Below, in pieces: positions 63,212-64,000 of a DNA stretch of 64,000 bases (position 1 is its first letter; every line of letters starts with the position of its first letter). The position numbers and the translations under genes were made by a program. This DNA is from an uncultured delta proteobacterium (GTDB taxonomy: Bacteria > Myxococcota_A > Polyangia > Fen-1088), in assembly GCA_963796685.1 (NCBI GenBank), contig CAWCMR010000009.1, positions 352,001 through 416,000 of the forward strand, given 5' to 3'. The notes beneath the pieces were generated by a model. It was not told the DNA's origin, made no database searches, and saw only the letters and a program-made list of their open reading frames with translations.

Positions 63212-63988
63212 ATGGCAGATCCGACCACCGCTGCGGGAACTGCTCAGGCGCGCGCCAAAAGGGAAGAGGTGCATTTCTACCCAGGATCCAAGCTCCTCGT
63301 CTACTTGGTGGGCAACAAGGTGAAGGCAATAGCCGAAGCCTGGGGCGGACCGGCCACCAAGCAGCCGCGCGGGCCAACCGAGCGGATGGCGGCTGGGCCA
63401 ACCACCGCCGGTGAGTTCGTCATTGATGGTTTGGAGACGTACAGGACCGACTCCTGGAATATGTCCAAGATCGCGTGGGGCACGCCTATCCGGGCGAGCC
63501 GAACCGATACGAGGAAGCTCGAGTACTTGTCACCATCGGGCAAATGGCGACCTTCGACAAGCACGTACACGGAGGAAGTGCACGAGATAAATCGCAGGCC
63601 CCGGAAAATTACGAGGCTACTGAGTGTCAATGACGTCATGCGCTTGAATAGGTTCCTCCGGGACTCACACGACTTCCCGGAAACCTGGCTCTTCAGCGAC
63701 TTTGGTCCAGTCGCAGTGCGCTACTACCGCGACAAGAATAGGAATCGCAGGCGCGATGCCAATGAGCCCCTTTCGGGAGAGATGATTCACACCACGCAAG
63801 TCAACGAGGGCGAGTCGTACCAGGCTCGAGGGGACTCCAGCAAAGTCTTCCTATTCGACTCCCACGGGTGCATCCATATCAAACCTGCCGATCGAGACAC
63901 TCTCATCAAGGCAGGCGCCTTCAAAAAGGGCATGACCCTGGTCATCCATCCCTATAGTGAGATCTTCGACTTCGACAAATACGAGTGA
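63212..63988 (+). CDS. L,D-transpeptidase-fold protein, Tlde1-like candidate T6SS effector
   Basis: GPTTAGEF, MIHTT...SHGCIHI catalytic motif; no signal peptide; near vgrG. Confidence 0.7.
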   Translation: MADPTTAAGTAQARAKREEVHFYPGSKLLVYLVGNKVKAIAEAWGGPATKQPRGPTERMAAGPTTAGEFVIDGLETYRTDSWNMSKIAWGTPIRASRTDTRKLEYLSPSGKWRPSTSTYTEEVHEINRRPRKITRLLSVNDVMRLNRFLRDSHDFPETWLFSDFGPVAVRYYRDKNRNRRRDANEPLSGEMIHTTQVNEGESYQARGDSSKVFLFDSHGCIHIKPADRDTLIKAGAFKKGMTLVIHPYSEIFDFDKYE

Positions 63989-64000
63989 ATGCGATGATCT

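Overview
High-GC bacterial window. The gene content (eukaryote-like Ser/Thr kinases, Pro/Gly/Cys-rich lipoproteins, fibro-slime and MshEN proteins, many hybrid kinases) points to a Myxococcota/Polyangia-type genome; this is inference. About 54 CDS are supported. Main blocks: (1) a minus-strand cyanophycin-type module (CphA-like ligase with a degenerate Mur domain, S51 cyanophycinase, ABC exporter fused to DUF1854) followed by an isoaspartyl methyltransferase with a lipoprotein signal; (2) cydAB; (3) a lower-GC ATPase-wHTH islet next to a class A beta-lactamase remnant; (4) a multi-kinase/sigma-54 signalling cluster around a 62-aa gene; (5) housekeeping genes (prfC, amt, dgt, ABC-2, MATE); (6) a tightly coupled 9-gene operon in which an XRE-PBP regulator and modABC continue into a large Cys-rich lipoprotein, a porin, a DUF2135-like lipoprotein, a TonB-dependent receptor and another lipoprotein, the best candidate for an undescribed system (outer-membrane molybdate/tungstate capture); (7) a lower-GC T6SS relic (broken vgrG, ISL3, L,D-transpeptidase/Tlde1-like gene). 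A 163-bp hairpin MITE-like element sits on the amt stop codon. Five single-base frameshifts look like read errors. No rRNA, tRNA or CRISPR array was recognised. All family calls come from motif recognition by eye, not database searches.
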